A stretch of DNA of 62,521 nt from Candidatus Limnocylindria bacterium (GCA_036276035.1 DASUCM010000009.1:1-62521), one strand, 5' to 3'. Counted from the stretch's first letter, positions 7,142 through 16,852 are shown. Made by a program: numbers and translations. Notes: generated by a model from the letters alone, not told the origin.

Positions 7142-9169
7142 ATGAGAGAGCTGTACCAGGTCGTCGAGGTCGCCCCGTCCTGGTATCAGGACAACATCCC
7201 CTGCCAGGAAGCCTGTCCCGTGCGCACGAACTGCCGCGGCTACCTGAACCTGGCTGCCGCCGGGGAGTTCGAGAAGGCGTGGGAGCTCGCGCTCGACCCG
7301 AACCCCATGGCGTCGATCTGCGGCTCCGTGTGCGCCGCGCCTTGCGAGACGGCCTGCCGCCGCAAGGAGGTCGATAAGCCTCTTTCGATCCGCTACATGA
7401 AGAAGTTCCTGTCCGACTGGACGCACCAGAACGTGCGGATCGACGGACGGGCCTACACGCAGCCGCCGCCCCCCGTCTTCGGCGCGCCGTCGAAGCGGGT
7501 CGCGGTCGTCGGCGCGGGCTGCGCTGGGCTCTCCGCGGCCAGCGACCTCGTGAAGCAGGGCTTCGGCGTGACGGTCTACGACGCGCTCGACCAGGCCGGC
7601 GGCACGACCCTCGCGGGCGTCCCGCCGTTCCGGCTGCCGCGCGAGGTGATCGACCGCGACATCGCGGGCGTGGTGAACGAGAACGTCGAGCTGCGCCTGT
7701 CGACCTACGTCGGCCGCGACGTCACGTTGCGCCAGCTGCACGACGAGTACGACGCCGTGCTCGTCACCGCCGGCTGCTTCGAGCCGAACTACATCGGGAT
7801 CCCGGGCGAGGAGGCGCAGGGCGTCGTCGCAGGGATCGTCTTCCTCGAGCGTGCGTACCGGCAGCGCCCGGTCGAGGTGGGGAAGCGCGTGGTCGTGCTC
7901 GGCGGCGGCTACACCGCGATGGACTGCGCGTCGACCTCATGGCGCCTTGGCGCCGACGAGGTCTTCATCGTCTACCGCCGCGGCCGTGACGAGATGGTCG
8001 TCGACGAGGAGGAGCTCGCCGAGACCGAGCGCGAGGGGATGCACTTCGTCTACCTGTCGTCGCCGGTCGAGGTGCTCGCCGACGAGAAGGGCCACGTGCG
8101 GGGCGTGAAGTTCATCCGGAACAAGCTCGGCGAGCCGGACAAGAGCGGCCGCCGCAGTCCCGAGCCGATCGCGGGGAGCGAGTTCGAGATCCCCTGCGAG
8201 ACCGTGCTCCTGGCGCTCGGCCAGGCCCCGGACACGACCTTCCTCTCCGACTTCCCCGAGTTCCGGGTGAAGCGCTGGCGCGACGTGAAGGTCGATCCCG
8301 AGACGTACCAGAGCGCGGTGCGGAAGATCTTCCTCGCGGGTGACTACCGGACCGGGCCATCGACGATCATCGAGGCCGTCGCCGACGGGCGCTCGGCCGC
8401 CCAGCAGGTGGCGCGCTTCCTCGACCCCGAGGCAGCGTCCGTCCGCGTCCCCGAGTACCACGAGGTCGTGACGCTGCGCCGGTCGAGCACACCCGACAAC
8501 GTCGGGCTCGTCGCCGGCGAGGGCGAGCTCGCGCGCATCTACCACAACATGTCCGTCGATTACGACCGCATCCCGCGCCAGGAGATGCCGAAGCTCTCGA
8601 AGAAGGACCGCCGCGGCCTCTTCCTCGAGGTGAACCAGGGCTACTCGGAGGCGCAGGCGATCGCGGAGTCCGACCGCTGCCTCAAGTGCAACTTCAACAT
8701 CGAGATCGTCGGCGAGCTCTGCATCATCTGCGGCGGCTGCGTCGACGTGTGCCCGATGGACGTCATCCACATGGTGGACATGAGCGACATCGTCGATGAC
8801 GGGGCGATCCCCGCGGTCGGTCAGGCGAAGCAGTGGCAGAACGGCGTCGCGTTCTTCCTCGACGAGACCGCGTGCATCCGCTGCGCTCTCTGCGTCATCC
8901 GCTGCCCGACCGACGCGATCACGATGAACCGCTACGGCTCGGTCATGCCGTCGGTCGGGCGGGCGCTGCCGAAGGAGTCGCTCGACGACGAGATCCACCT
9001 CGACCTCACCGTCGGCAGCCGCAAGTCGATCCGGCCGCTCCCCATGTACGATCCCGTGCTGGCGGCGGGTCTGAAGGACGTTCCCGGTAACGGTCACGCG
9101 CATTCGAACGGCCATGGCAACGGTCATGTCGCGCCCGTCGGGACGCGCGACGTGACGGCGAAGCACTAA
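7142..9169 (+). CDS. GltD-like NAD(P)H-dependent flavo-iron-sulfur oxidoreductase fused to a C-terminal 2x[4Fe-4S] ferredoxin domain
   Basis: N-terminal Cys cluster (IPCQEACPV..CGSVCAAPCETAC). Two dinucleotide folds (VAVVGAGCAGLSAA; VVVLGGGYTAMD). C-terminal CIICGGCVDVCP and CIRCALCVIRCP. His/Gly/Asn-rich tail. Confidence 0.85.
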   Translation: MRELYQVVEVAPSWYQDNIPCQEACPVRTNCRGYLNLAAAGEFEKAWELALDPNPMASICGSVCAAPCETACRRKEVDKPLSIRYMKKFLSDWTHQNVRIDGRAYTQPPPPVFGAPSKRVAVVGAGCAGLSAASDLVKQGFGVTVYDALDQAGGTTLAGVPPFRLPREVIDRDIAGVVNENVELRLSTYVGRDVTLRQLHDEYDAVLVTAGCFEPNYIGIPGEEAQGVVAGIVFLERAYRQRPVEVGKRVVVLGGGYTAMDCASTSWRLGADEVFIVYRRGRDEMVVDEEELAETEREGMHFVYLSSPVEVLADEKGHVRGVKFIRNKLGEPDKSGRRSPEPIAGSEFEIPCETVLLALGQAPDTTFLSDFPEFRVKRWRDVKVDPETYQSAVRKIFLAGDYRTGPSTIIEAVADGRSAAQQVARFLDPEAASVRVPEYHEVVTLRRSSTPDNVGLVAGEGELARIYHNMSVDYDRIPRQEMPKLSKKDRRGLFLEVNQGYSEAQAIAESDRCLKCNFNIEIVGELCIICGGCVDVCPMDVIHMVDMSDIVDDGAIPAVGQAKQWQNGVAFFLDETACIRCALCVIRCPTDAITMNRYGSVMPSVGRALPKESLDDEIHLDLTVGSRKSIRPLPMYDPVLAAGLKDVPGNGHAHSNGHGNGHVAPVGTRDVTAKH

Positions 9170-9193
9170 GAGAGAGAGAGGGCTCTGCGACCG

Positions 9194-9921
<728 letters not shown>

Positions 9922-9925
<4 letters not shown>

Positions 9926-10692
9926 CGCTCCAGCGCGGGCCGCAGCCGTTCCCCGGCCAGGAGAAGCGCCTCCGCCTGCTCGCGTTCGTCCGGCAGGACT
10001 CCGTCGTGCGCGTCGACAAGCGCGTCGAGGACACGGCCATGGTCTGGCCGCACCTGCTCGTCATCGAGTTCATCGTCGCGATGCTCTGGTTCATCGCCCT
10101 GTTCGTGCTCGCGGCGCTGTTCAACGCCCCGCTGCAGGACCACTCCAATCCGGACCGCACCCCGAACCCGTCGAAGGCGCCGTGGTACCTCCTCAACCTG
10201 CAGGAGCTCCTGCTCCACATGGACAAGGGCCTCGCCGGCGTCGTCGTCCCGACGATCTGGATCGTCTTCATGATGACGATCCCGTATCTCGACCGGAGCC
10301 GCGAGGGCGTCGGGATCTGGTTCACCAGCCCGAAGGGCAGGACGATCGCGGTCTTCTCGGCGATCTACAGCACGGTGCTCACCTTCGGCCTGATCGGCCT
10401 CGACTTCGTCCTGAAGAAGATCGGCTACGTCGAGTTCGCGAGCCAGTACCTGCCGGGCGGCAAGGTGCTCTTCCCGGACTACCTCATCCCGATCGGGACG
10501 ATGATCGCGCTCACGGGGCTCCTCGTGCTCATCGTGAAGCGGGTCTTCAACGGCTCGACGCGGGACGTGATGATCGCCGTCTGGACCGGCTGGGTCTGCA
10601 CCTTCCTCGTCCTCACCTTCGTCGGCACGTCGATGCGCGGCCCCGGCATGGACCTCTACGCGCCATGGAACCTGCCGGCGACGATCGAATGA
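9922..10692 (+). CDS. petD: cytochrome b C-terminal half (subunit IV-like, extended)
   Basis: ATGA overlap with petB. The Qo-loop motif position reads [13 protein letters not shown]. At least 5 predicted TM helices. Confidence 0.85.
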
Positions 10693-11264
10693 TCCGGCCG
10701 CACGACGACACCTCCATCCAGGCGGGCGGGCTGCTCGGCCGGATCAAGCGCCGGCAGTTCTTCCGGCTCGCCTTCCTCGGCGGCACGCTCCTCGCCCTCG
10801 GCGAGATCAGCGCGGCCATCGTCCCCTTCATGCGGGTGAACAAGATCGTCGGGCTCGGCGCGAAGATCCCCGCCGGGAAGAAGTCCGACATCCTCGCGAA
10901 GTTCCAGTCGACCGACGACACGCCGCAGCTCTACGTCGAGGGCAAGTTCTTCCTGCTGCATGCCCCCGGCGGGATCCTCGCCGCGTACCGCAAGTGCACG
11001 CACCTCGGCTGCAGCGTCCCGTACGTCGCGGGCGAGCTGAGCCCGACCGGCGAGAAGGGCCAGTTCCACTGCCCGTGCCACGGCTCGCTCTTCAACAAGA
11101 AGACCGCGGTGGTGCAGGGCGGACCCGCGCCGAAGCCGCTCCAGCTGTTCCACATCACGGAGGACGCCGGCGGGTCGCTCATCGTCGACACGAACCCGCT
11201 GAACGTCATCGACCGGACGTCGAACGAATTCGACCCGGCGCACATCGAAGTGCGGGACGCCTGA
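10689..11264 (+). CDS. petC: Rieske [2Fe-2S] subunit
   Basis: ATGA overlap with the previous gene. Twin-arginine-like RRQFFRLAFLGG. Cluster boxes CTHLGC and CPCHGS. Confidence 0.9.
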   Translation: MIRPHDDTSIQAGGLLGRIKRRQFFRLAFLGGTLLALGEISAAIVPFMRVNKIVGLGAKIPAGKKSDILAKFQSTDDTPQLYVEGKFFLLHAPGGILAAYRKCTHLGCSVPYVAGELSPTGEKGQFHCPCHGSLFNKKTAVVQGGPAPKPLQLFHITEDAGGSLIVDTNPLNVIDRTSNEFDPAHIEVRDA

Positions 11265-12361
11265 TGCCCTTCGACGTCAACACGGTCCTGGCGATCTTCT
11301 CCGCGCTCCTCTTCGTCGGCCTCATCGGCCTCTTCGCGTTCCTCATCCGCCACCAGGAGCAGGTCGAGCCCGAGGAGGAGGTGTATGGCGTCGAGCTCCT
11401 CCGCCAGCATTACGACCCCGGCGCGACGATCGAGCAGCCGACGCCGTACTACGTATCGCCCATCCCGGCGTCCCCGGACCCGCTCGAGATCGCGGGCAAC
11501 CTCGACAAGAAGATCCTCATCGGGGCCGCCACGATCTTCGCCGTGCTCGGGATGATCGGCGGCTACTTCGTCATCCAGGGCGACGCCAGCCCGCTGGGTG
11601 AGGGCGGTCTGCGCGCCGCCGCCGTCAAGCACCAGCTGCGGCTCGATGTGCGGCGCGGCAAGGAGGTCTACGCGAACCTCTGCTACGACTGCCACGGGCG
11701 CGACGGCAAGGGTGGGACGACGCCGGAGGGGCAGGTCCTCCCGGGACTGCCGCTCAACGTTGCGGGCAACAAGTTCGAGACGCTGAAGGGCGATCCGGCC
11801 GCGCTGCAGGCGCGCCGCAAGCTCATCGAGCAGACCATCGAGCGCGGTCGCCACTTCCCGCCGCCCCGCTACTCCATGCCGGCCTGGGGGCGCGACGAGG
11901 GCGGGCAGCTTTCCGACTGGCAGGTGAAGCAGCTTGCCGACCTGATCATGTACGGCACCGACGAGGACTGGGCCGACATCGCGCACATCCGGCAGGAGCA
12001 CGACGCCGATCACCAGGTCGCGGAGCGCATCCCGCCGCCGCCGGCCGTCCAGTCCGGACGCGAGGTCGCGCAGGGGACCTGCGCCTCGTGCCACGGCATC
12101 GCGACCGGCCAGCCGAGCCTGGTCCCGCCGGCCCCGAACCTCAGCGACTGGATCGCCGCGGGGTCCAAGCCGCGTCCGGAGAATGCGCCGCTCACGGCGC
12201 TTGCCGCGACAGACCCGGATTGGCTCACGAAGTGGGTCTCCAACGCGAAGAAGATCAAGCCCGACACGCTGATGACCCCGCAGGCGGCGTCGGAAGGCGG
12301 CACGCTGCCTGACGAGTCCATCCGTCGGGTGGTCGCGTGGCTGCGGGGCGAGGAGCGTTGA
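11264..12361 (+). CDS. membrane-anchored dihaem c-type cytochrome
   Basis: TGATG stop/start overlap. N-terminal TM helices. Two CxxCH motifs (CYDCH, CASCH). Confidence 0.85.
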   Translation: MPFDVNTVLAIFSALLFVGLIGLFAFLIRHQEQVEPEEEVYGVELLRQHYDPGATIEQPTPYYVSPIPASPDPLEIAGNLDKKILIGAATIFAVLGMIGGYFVIQGDASPLGEGGLRAAAVKHQLRLDVRRGKEVYANLCYDCHGRDGKGGTTPEGQVLPGLPLNVAGNKFETLKGDPAALQARRKLIEQTIERGRHFPPPRYSMPAWGRDEGGQLSDWQVKQLADLIMYGTDEDWADIAHIRQEHDADHQVAERIPPPPAVQSGREVAQGTCASCHGIATGQPSLVPPAPNLSDWIAAGSKPRPENAPLTALAATDPDWLTKWVSNAKKIKPDTLMTPQAASEGGTLPDESIRRVVAWLRGEER

Positions 12362-12362
12362 G

Positions 12363-12473
12363 ATGATCACCGAGATCGGGGAGTCCCAGGAGTTCTACGT
12401 CGTCTTCATCACGGTGTTCATCCTCCTGGCGACGATGTACTTCCTCCAGAAGTGGTGGACCACCTACCGGTAG
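12363..12473 (+). CDS. 36-aa single-TM peptide, candidate small subunit of the Rieske/cyt b6 complex
   Basis: Below the ORF-track length cut-off. The ATG lies 1 nt after the cytochrome c stop (TGAGATG). Translation MITEIGESQEFYVVFITVFILLATMYFLQKWWTTYR. All 35 codons after the ATG end in G or C. Confidence 0.5.
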   Translation: MITEIGESQEFYVVFITVFILLATMYFLQKWWTTYR

Positions 12474-12958
12474 CGGCCCGCCCGCCGCGGCCACGGCCGC
12501 ACCGCAACACCCTCACGCTCCTCGTCGGCCGCATCACCACCATCAAGCTCGCCTACTGGGCCGCATTCACCGTGTTCGAGCTCGCGCTGCCGCGTCTTCT
12601 TGACGCGCCGCCCGCGCAGCGGCTCCCGTATTCGGTCGTCGCGGCGGTCCTCCTGCTCGCCGGCGCGGTCGCCTGGGCACGCCGGTCCGCGCGCGCTGTC
12701 GACCGCCGGCTCGGCGGGCTCTATCGGTCCGCGCCGACGGTGGCGACGGCGTTCATCGCGGCCTCGGTCGTCGCCTCGCCGGCGTCGATCCCGCTGCTGC
12801 TCGTGGAGCGGGCGCGCACGCTCGAGGGCGGCTGCGCGCCGGGCGCGATCTGCTCGCTCGCGCCGATCCTCCTCTGGGTCGCGGTGCTTGCCGCCGGCAC
12901 GGTCCTCGTGCCGGCGGCGTTCGCGCTCTCGATGCGCGGGGAGGACCGCGCTCCGTAG
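12452..12958 (+). CDS. hypothetical membrane protein
   Basis: Track ORF of 168 aa with about 4 hydrophobic segments and high third-position GC. The start is uncertain: GTG 12452 overlaps the 36-aa ORF by 22 nt. Confidence 0.4.
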   Translation: MVDHLPVAARPPRPRPHRNTLTLLVGRITTIKLAYWAAFTVFELALPRLLDAPPAQRLPYSVVAAVLLLAGAVAWARRSARAVDRRLGGLYRSAPTVATAFIAASVVASPASIPLLLVERARTLEGGCAPGAICSLAPILLWVAVLAAGTVLVPAAFALSMRGEDRAP

Positions 12959-12970
12959 ACTCCGCGGCGG

Positions 12971-14419
12971 ATGAGGGCCGCGGTCGCCATGGCGCTCGCG
13001 GTCTCGCCGACGCTCCTGCTCTCCTGGCTCCTCGCGACGCCATCGGCCAACCGCATCCTCAACATCCCGGTCCAGCACGTCGTGGTCACCACGAACGTCT
13101 CCGTGGTCGCGCTGCTCGCCGGTGTGCTCGTGGCCCGCGCCGCGCTCGGCGCGCGTCAGTTCGGGACCGTGCTCGTCGCGCTCGGCTTCATCACCATGGC
13201 CGGCTTCTTCACGGTCCACGCGCTGTCGACGCCGAACGGCGGCATCGTCACCGATCCCGCCGCCGGCCTCGTCACGGGGGTGTCCGCGGAGCTCGCGCTG
13301 CTCGTCCCCGCGGCCATCTTCGCGCTCCGCTACACGCGTCTCCGCGCGCTCCTCGAAGGGCGTATCGCTCCGGGTCCGCTCATCGCCGCGGTCGTCACGG
13401 CGCTCGTCGGGTACGCGGTCCTTGGCCTCGGCTGGCCCGGCGGCTTCGCCGGCCTCGCGGAGCTGCTGCTCGCGGCGGGGGGCTCGTACGCGTACGACCC
13501 CTCGGGCTACGGCTACGGCGCCGCGGGGCAGGAGGGCATCGTCCCGTACCTCGCCGCCGGGCTCGCGGTCGCGCTCTACCTGTTCGCGGCGTGGAGCGCG
13601 GGACGCGAGCACATGCGCACGCGCCTGCCGATGTCCCTCGCGCTCGCGTTCGCCTTCGCGCTCCTCGCGCAGGCGCAGCTCTCGCAGTTCCTCGGACCCG
13701 TCTGGACCGCATCGTGGTGGACGTACCACGGCCTCATGCTCGCCGGGGTCGCGATCGCGGTCGGCGCGATCTTCCTCGAGCTCGACCGCCGCCGCGGCCT
13801 CGAGCGCTTCCTGCCGTCGGCCGTCGTCGACCGCGTCATCGCGGGCGACGCGAAGCTCGTCGGCGAGCGCAGGACCGTGACGATCCTCTTCGCCGACCTG
13901 CGCGGCTCCACCGCGCTCGCCGACCGGATCGCGCCGGAGCAGGCGGTGGCCGTGATGAACGGGTACGTCCGCGCCTTCGCCTCGTGCGTGCTCGAGCACG
14001 GCGGCATCCTCGACAAGTTCACGGGCGACGGGATCATGGCCATCTTCGGCGCGGCGGGCGACGTGCAGCGCGGCGTCGAGGATGCGGTCGCCGCGGCCCT
14101 CGACATCCGCGCGCGGGTGGCGCGGCTCTCCGCGGAGCGCGAGGCCGCCGGCGAGCCGTCGCTCGGCTACGGGGTGGGGCTGCACTGCGGCGACGTCGTG
14201 CTCGGCGCGGTCGGGCTCCCCGAGCGCAGCGACTACACCGCGCTCGGCGACACGGTGAACACCGCGTCGCGCATGGAGTCGCTCACGAAGGACCTCGGCG
14301 TCGACATCGTCGTCTCGGCCGAGATCGCGCGCCGGCTCGACACGGGCGCGGTCACGCGGCTCGGCGAGGCACAGGTGCGGGGAAAGAGCGCGCCGCTCGA
14401 GGTCTTCGGGCTGCGCTAG
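12971..14419 (+). CDS. membrane-anchored class III adenylate/guanylate cyclase
   Basis: About 290-aa polytopic N-terminus. Cyclase core VTILFADLRGSTALAD..KFTGDGIMAIFG..GLHCGDVVLGAVG..DYTALGDTVNTASRMES. Confidence 0.85.
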   Translation: MRAAVAMALAVSPTLLLSWLLATPSANRILNIPVQHVVVTTNVSVVALLAGVLVARAALGARQFGTVLVALGFITMAGFFTVHALSTPNGGIVTDPAAGLVTGVSAELALLVPAAIFALRYTRLRALLEGRIAPGPLIAAVVTALVGYAVLGLGWPGGFAGLAELLLAAGGSYAYDPSGYGYGAAGQEGIVPYLAAGLAVALYLFAAWSAGREHMRTRLPMSLALAFAFALLAQAQLSQFLGPVWTASWWTYHGLMLAGVAIAVGAIFLELDRRRGLERFLPSAVVDRVIAGDAKLVGERRTVTILFADLRGSTALADRIAPEQAVAVMNGYVRAFASCVLEHGGILDKFTGDGIMAIFGAAGDVQRGVEDAVAAALDIRARVARLSAEREAAGEPSLGYGVGLHCGDVVLGAVGLPERSDYTALGDTVNTASRMESLTKDLGVDIVVSAEIARRLDTGAVTRLGEAQVRGKSAPLEVFGLR

Positions 14420-14637
14420 TCGGAGGCGGGCGCGGGCTTCGTGGGGGCAGCCTTCGCGGCCGCCGGCTTCTTCGGCACGTAGATCGCGGACGCGACCGAC
14501 TCACGCCAGCCGGGGACGGTCTCCACCTTCGTGATGCGGTACGAGCGGTGGTTCACGTCGATGAGCCCGCCGATCTCGGCGCCGTACGCGACCGCGCTCT
14601 GCCCGTCGAACGGGCCGCCGTGCAGCTTCACGGTCAT
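14416..14637 (-). CDS. small hypothetical protein (73 aa)
   Basis: ATG 14637-14635: MTVKLHGGPFDGQSAVAYG..YRITKVE.. with a Lys/Ala/Pro-rich tail. The rest of track ORF 14416..14919 looks like junk. Its stop overlaps the convergent cyclase stop (CTAG). Confidence 0.45.
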   Translation of the reverse strand: MTVKLHGGPFDGQSAVAYGAEIGGLIDVNHRSYRITKVETVPGWRESVASAIYVPKKPAAAKAAPTKPAPASD

Positions 14638-14654
14638 GCTGCCCGACGGCCTGG

Positions 14655-14762
14655 TCACTTCCCCCGACCGTACGCCGCGCCCTTGCGGGCCTTCTGGGCC
14701 CGCAAGGCGGCGATGCGGTTCTTCTCGGCCTTGTCCCGCTTGGGACCCTGCTGCTTCGGCAC
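14655..14762 (-). CDS. 35-aa highly basic peptide (candidate)
   Basis: Not in the track. The GTG lies 2 nt after the TAA of the zinc-ribbon gene. Translation VPKQQGPKRDKAEKNRIAALRAQKARKGAAYGRGK. 33 of 35 codons end in G/C, and second-position GC is low. Confidence 0.35.
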   Translation of the reverse strand: MPKQQGPKRDKAEKNRIAALRAQKARKGAAYGRGK

Positions 14763-14764
14763 CG

Positions 14765-15082
14765 TTAGTACCGGCGCGGGCCGGAGGACTGGCGCTGCTG
14801 GAAGCAGTCGCTGCAGTACACCGGCTTGTCGCCACGCGGCTGGAACGGCACGCGGGCCTCCTTGCCGCAGCTCGAGCAGGTCGCGGTGAACATCTCACGG
14901 TCGCCACGGCCGGCGCCACCGCCTCGTCCGCCCTCGCCGGCGCGGTGCGCCGCGCGGCAGGTGGGGCAGCGGGACGGCGGGTTCTGCAGGCCGCGGGACT
15001 GGTAGAACTCCTGCTCGCCGGATGTCCAGACGAACTCCTGGGAGCAGTCGCGGCAGGTCAGCGTCTTGTCTGCGAGCGTCAC
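14765..15082 (-). CDS. zinc-ribbon protein (N-terminal zf-trcl-like CxxC..CxxC plus C-terminal CxxC-x17-CxxC)
   Basis: GTG 15082 is preceded by GAGGAGGA. LTCRDCSQEFVWTSGEQEFYQSRGLQNPPSRCPTCR and CSSCGKEARVPFQPRGDKPVYCSDC. Confidence 0.7.
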   Translation of the reverse strand: MTLADKTLTCRDCSQEFVWTSGEQEFYQSRGLQNPPSRCPTCRAAHRAGEGGRGGGAGRGDREMFTATCSSCGKEARVPFQPRGDKPVYCSDCFQQRQSSGPRRY

Positions 15083-15263
15083 GTGGTGGTCCTCCTCGTA
15101 CTGGCCGACGTCCGTAGAGAGATCGGGTGACCCGGTCGGGAGGATGTCCTCACGTGCCTTGGACCTGACTCCGTTCGATGACGGCACTCCGCTTGGGAGC
15201 CGCCTCAGTGTACGTCCGCGGGCCCCGCCGACCTAGCGTCCTGCTCCGGGCCACGCGCGTCGC

Positions 15264-15929
15264 TCAGAGGATGTCCGTGAGCCATCGCCAGCGCTTGGTC
15301 GCGCCCGCGGGCTCGGTCCACGGCCGAGCGAGCGCGGCGACGTCCGCCTCGAGCTGCTGCGTGAACGCGTCGATCGCGGCCTTCGTGGCGGGCCCTTCGG
15401 GCGGCATGCGGGCAGGTCCGACGCTGACCTCGAGCTCGCGTCCGAGGTACAGCTCGGCGGTGCCGCGCAGCCAGACCGGCACGACCGGTGTGCGCGCGCG
15501 GAACGCGAGCCAGCCGCTCCCTCGCTCGAACGGGCCGAGGTCAGCCTCCCGCCGTGAGACCCGGCCCTCCGGGAACAGGGCGAGCACGCCGCCGCCCTCG
15601 AGCACGCGCAGCGCCTCGGCGATCGCCGAGCGATCGAGCGCGACGGTGCGATCGATGAGGACGAGCCCGCCGACCGCCGCGATCGCGGCGCGCTTCCACC
15701 AGTGGGAGCGCACGGCCTGCCGGTCGCCCATGAAGTGGATCCGCGGCTCCGCAGGCAGCAGCGCGATGAGGACGAAGGGATCGGCCCAGCCCTGGTGGTT
15801 CGCGATGAGCACGTACGGGCCTGCCGCGGGCGGCGCGCCCTCGAGGCGCAGCCGGAAGAGGCGTCCGAGGAGCGCGCGAACGACGAGGCGCGCGACGCGA
15901 GGGATCGGCCCCGCGCGCGCCGCGATCAC
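15264..15929 (-). CDS. plsC: 1-acyl-sn-glycerol-3-phosphate acyltransferase family
   Basis: Acyltransferase motifs NHQGWADP and FPEGRVS. Start assigned to GTG 15929 (GTGA overlap with the LysR stop at 15926-15928). The longer track ORF N-terminus is Arg-rich junk. Confidence 0.8.
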   Translation of the reverse strand: MIAARAGPIPRVARLVVRALLGRLFRLRLEGAPPAAGPYVLIANHQGWADPFVLIALLPAEPRIHFMGDRQAVRSHWWKRAAIAAVGGLVLIDRTVALDRSAIAEALRVLEGGGVLALFPEGRVSRREADLGPFERGSGWLAFRARTPVVPVWLRGTAELYLGRELEVSVGPARMPPEGPATKAAIDAFTQQLEADVAALARPWTEPAGATKRWRWLTDIL

Positions 15930-16816
15930 GAGCGCCGCCGCGCGCGCGAGCCGTCGCCGAACAGCGCGGCGAAGCGCACGGCGGCAGGCGAGAGCGTCCA
16001 GTCGCGGCGGTGCGCGAGCCCGACCGTCCGCTCGAGCGGCGGGTCGGCGAGGCGGACCGCGACAAGCGCGCCGCCGCGCTCGATGACGCTCGCCGGGACG
16101 ACCGCGACGCCGAGGCCGGCGGCGGCCATGCGCAGGACACCGTCCATCTCGCCGCCCTCGAGCGCGAAGACCGGCTCGAAGCCGGCCTGCTGGCACGCGG
16201 CGATGGTCACCGCGCGCAGGTCGTATCCCTCGCGGAACATGACGAGCGGGACGTCGCGGAGGTCGGCGACGCGGATCGAGCGCCGCCGCGCGAAGCGGTG
16301 ATCGCGCGCGACGGCGACGACGAGCTCCTCGCGATAGAGAGGCGTCGTCGCGAACGATGCCTCGGGCGCCGGAAGGATGACGAGCGCGACCTCGATGTCG
16401 CCGCGCTCGAGGCGCTCGAGGAGCGCGCGCGACCCTGCTTCGTGGAGGACGAGCTCGATCCCGGGATGTTCCGCGTGGAAGCGGGCGAGGACCTCCGGGA
16501 GCACGACGGTCGTGAGGCTGGGGGTCGCCCCGACCGAGAGCCGGCCCCGCCCGAGCCCGGCGAGGTCACGGACCTCGTTGCGCGCGCCGTCCACGTCGGC
16601 GAGCACGCGCTTGGCCCAGGGCAGCAGCGCCTCCCCGGCCTGCGTGAGCGCGATCTCGCCGCGCGCGCGCTGGAACAGCGCGGCGCCGAGCTCGCCCTCG
16701 AGCTTGCGGATCTGCTTGCTCACGGACGGCTGCGCGACGGCGAGGTCCTGGGCAGCCTGCGTGAAGTGGCGGCGCTCGGCGACGGCCACGAAGTAGCGGA
16801 GCTGGTGGATCTCCAC
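15926..16816 (-). CDS. LysR-family transcriptional regulator
   Basis: GTG 16816: VEIHQLRYFVAVAERRHFTQAAQDLAVAQPSVSKQIRKLE.. plus a substrate-binding domain. The remaining roughly 850 N-terminal codons of track ORF 15926..19357 are antisense to sdhCAB. Confidence 0.9.
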   Translation of the reverse strand: MEIHQLRYFVAVAERRHFTQAAQDLAVAQPSVSKQIRKLEGELGAALFQRARGEIALTQAGEALLPWAKRVLADVDGARNEVRDLAGLGRGRLSVGATPSLTTVVLPEVLARFHAEHPGIELVLHEAGSRALLERLERGDIEVALVILPAPEASFATTPLYREELVVAVARDHRFARRRSIRVADLRDVPLVMFREGYDLRAVTIAACQQAGFEPVFALEGGEMDGVLRMAAAGLGVAVVPASVIERGGALVAVRLADPPLERTVGLAHRRDWTLSPAAVRFAALFGDGSRARRRS

Positions 16817-16821
16817 GGTCC

Positions 16822-16836
16822 ATAGCCTACGGCTAT
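16822..16836. promoter_or_regulatory. 15-bp perfect palindrome ATAGCC-TAC-GGCTAT (T-N11-A type), candidate LysR operator
   Basis: Read directly in the 36-bp gap between the divergent lysR (16816) and sdhC (16853) start codons. Confidence 0.5.
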
Positions 16837-16852
16837 CGGTGCGAGAGCGACC

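Noticed and set aside
9168-9182. (GA)n tract AAGAGAGAGAGAGGG between the flavoprotein and cytochrome b6 genes
   Set aside because: It is short and most simply explained as the purine-rich Shine-Dalgarno region for the GTG at 9194. There is no evidence of a repeat-based switch.
12464-14185. 573-aa minus-strand ORF antisense to the membrane cyclase
   Set aside because: It translates to Arg/Glu/Asp-rich junk, and the plus strand has a complete class-III cyclase.
15083-15263. 180-nt untranslated region upstream of the zinc-ribbon gene as a possible riboswitch or leader RNA
   Set aside because: I saw only short, imperfect dyads and recognised no known riboswitch consensus. A covariance-model scan (Rfam) would be needed.
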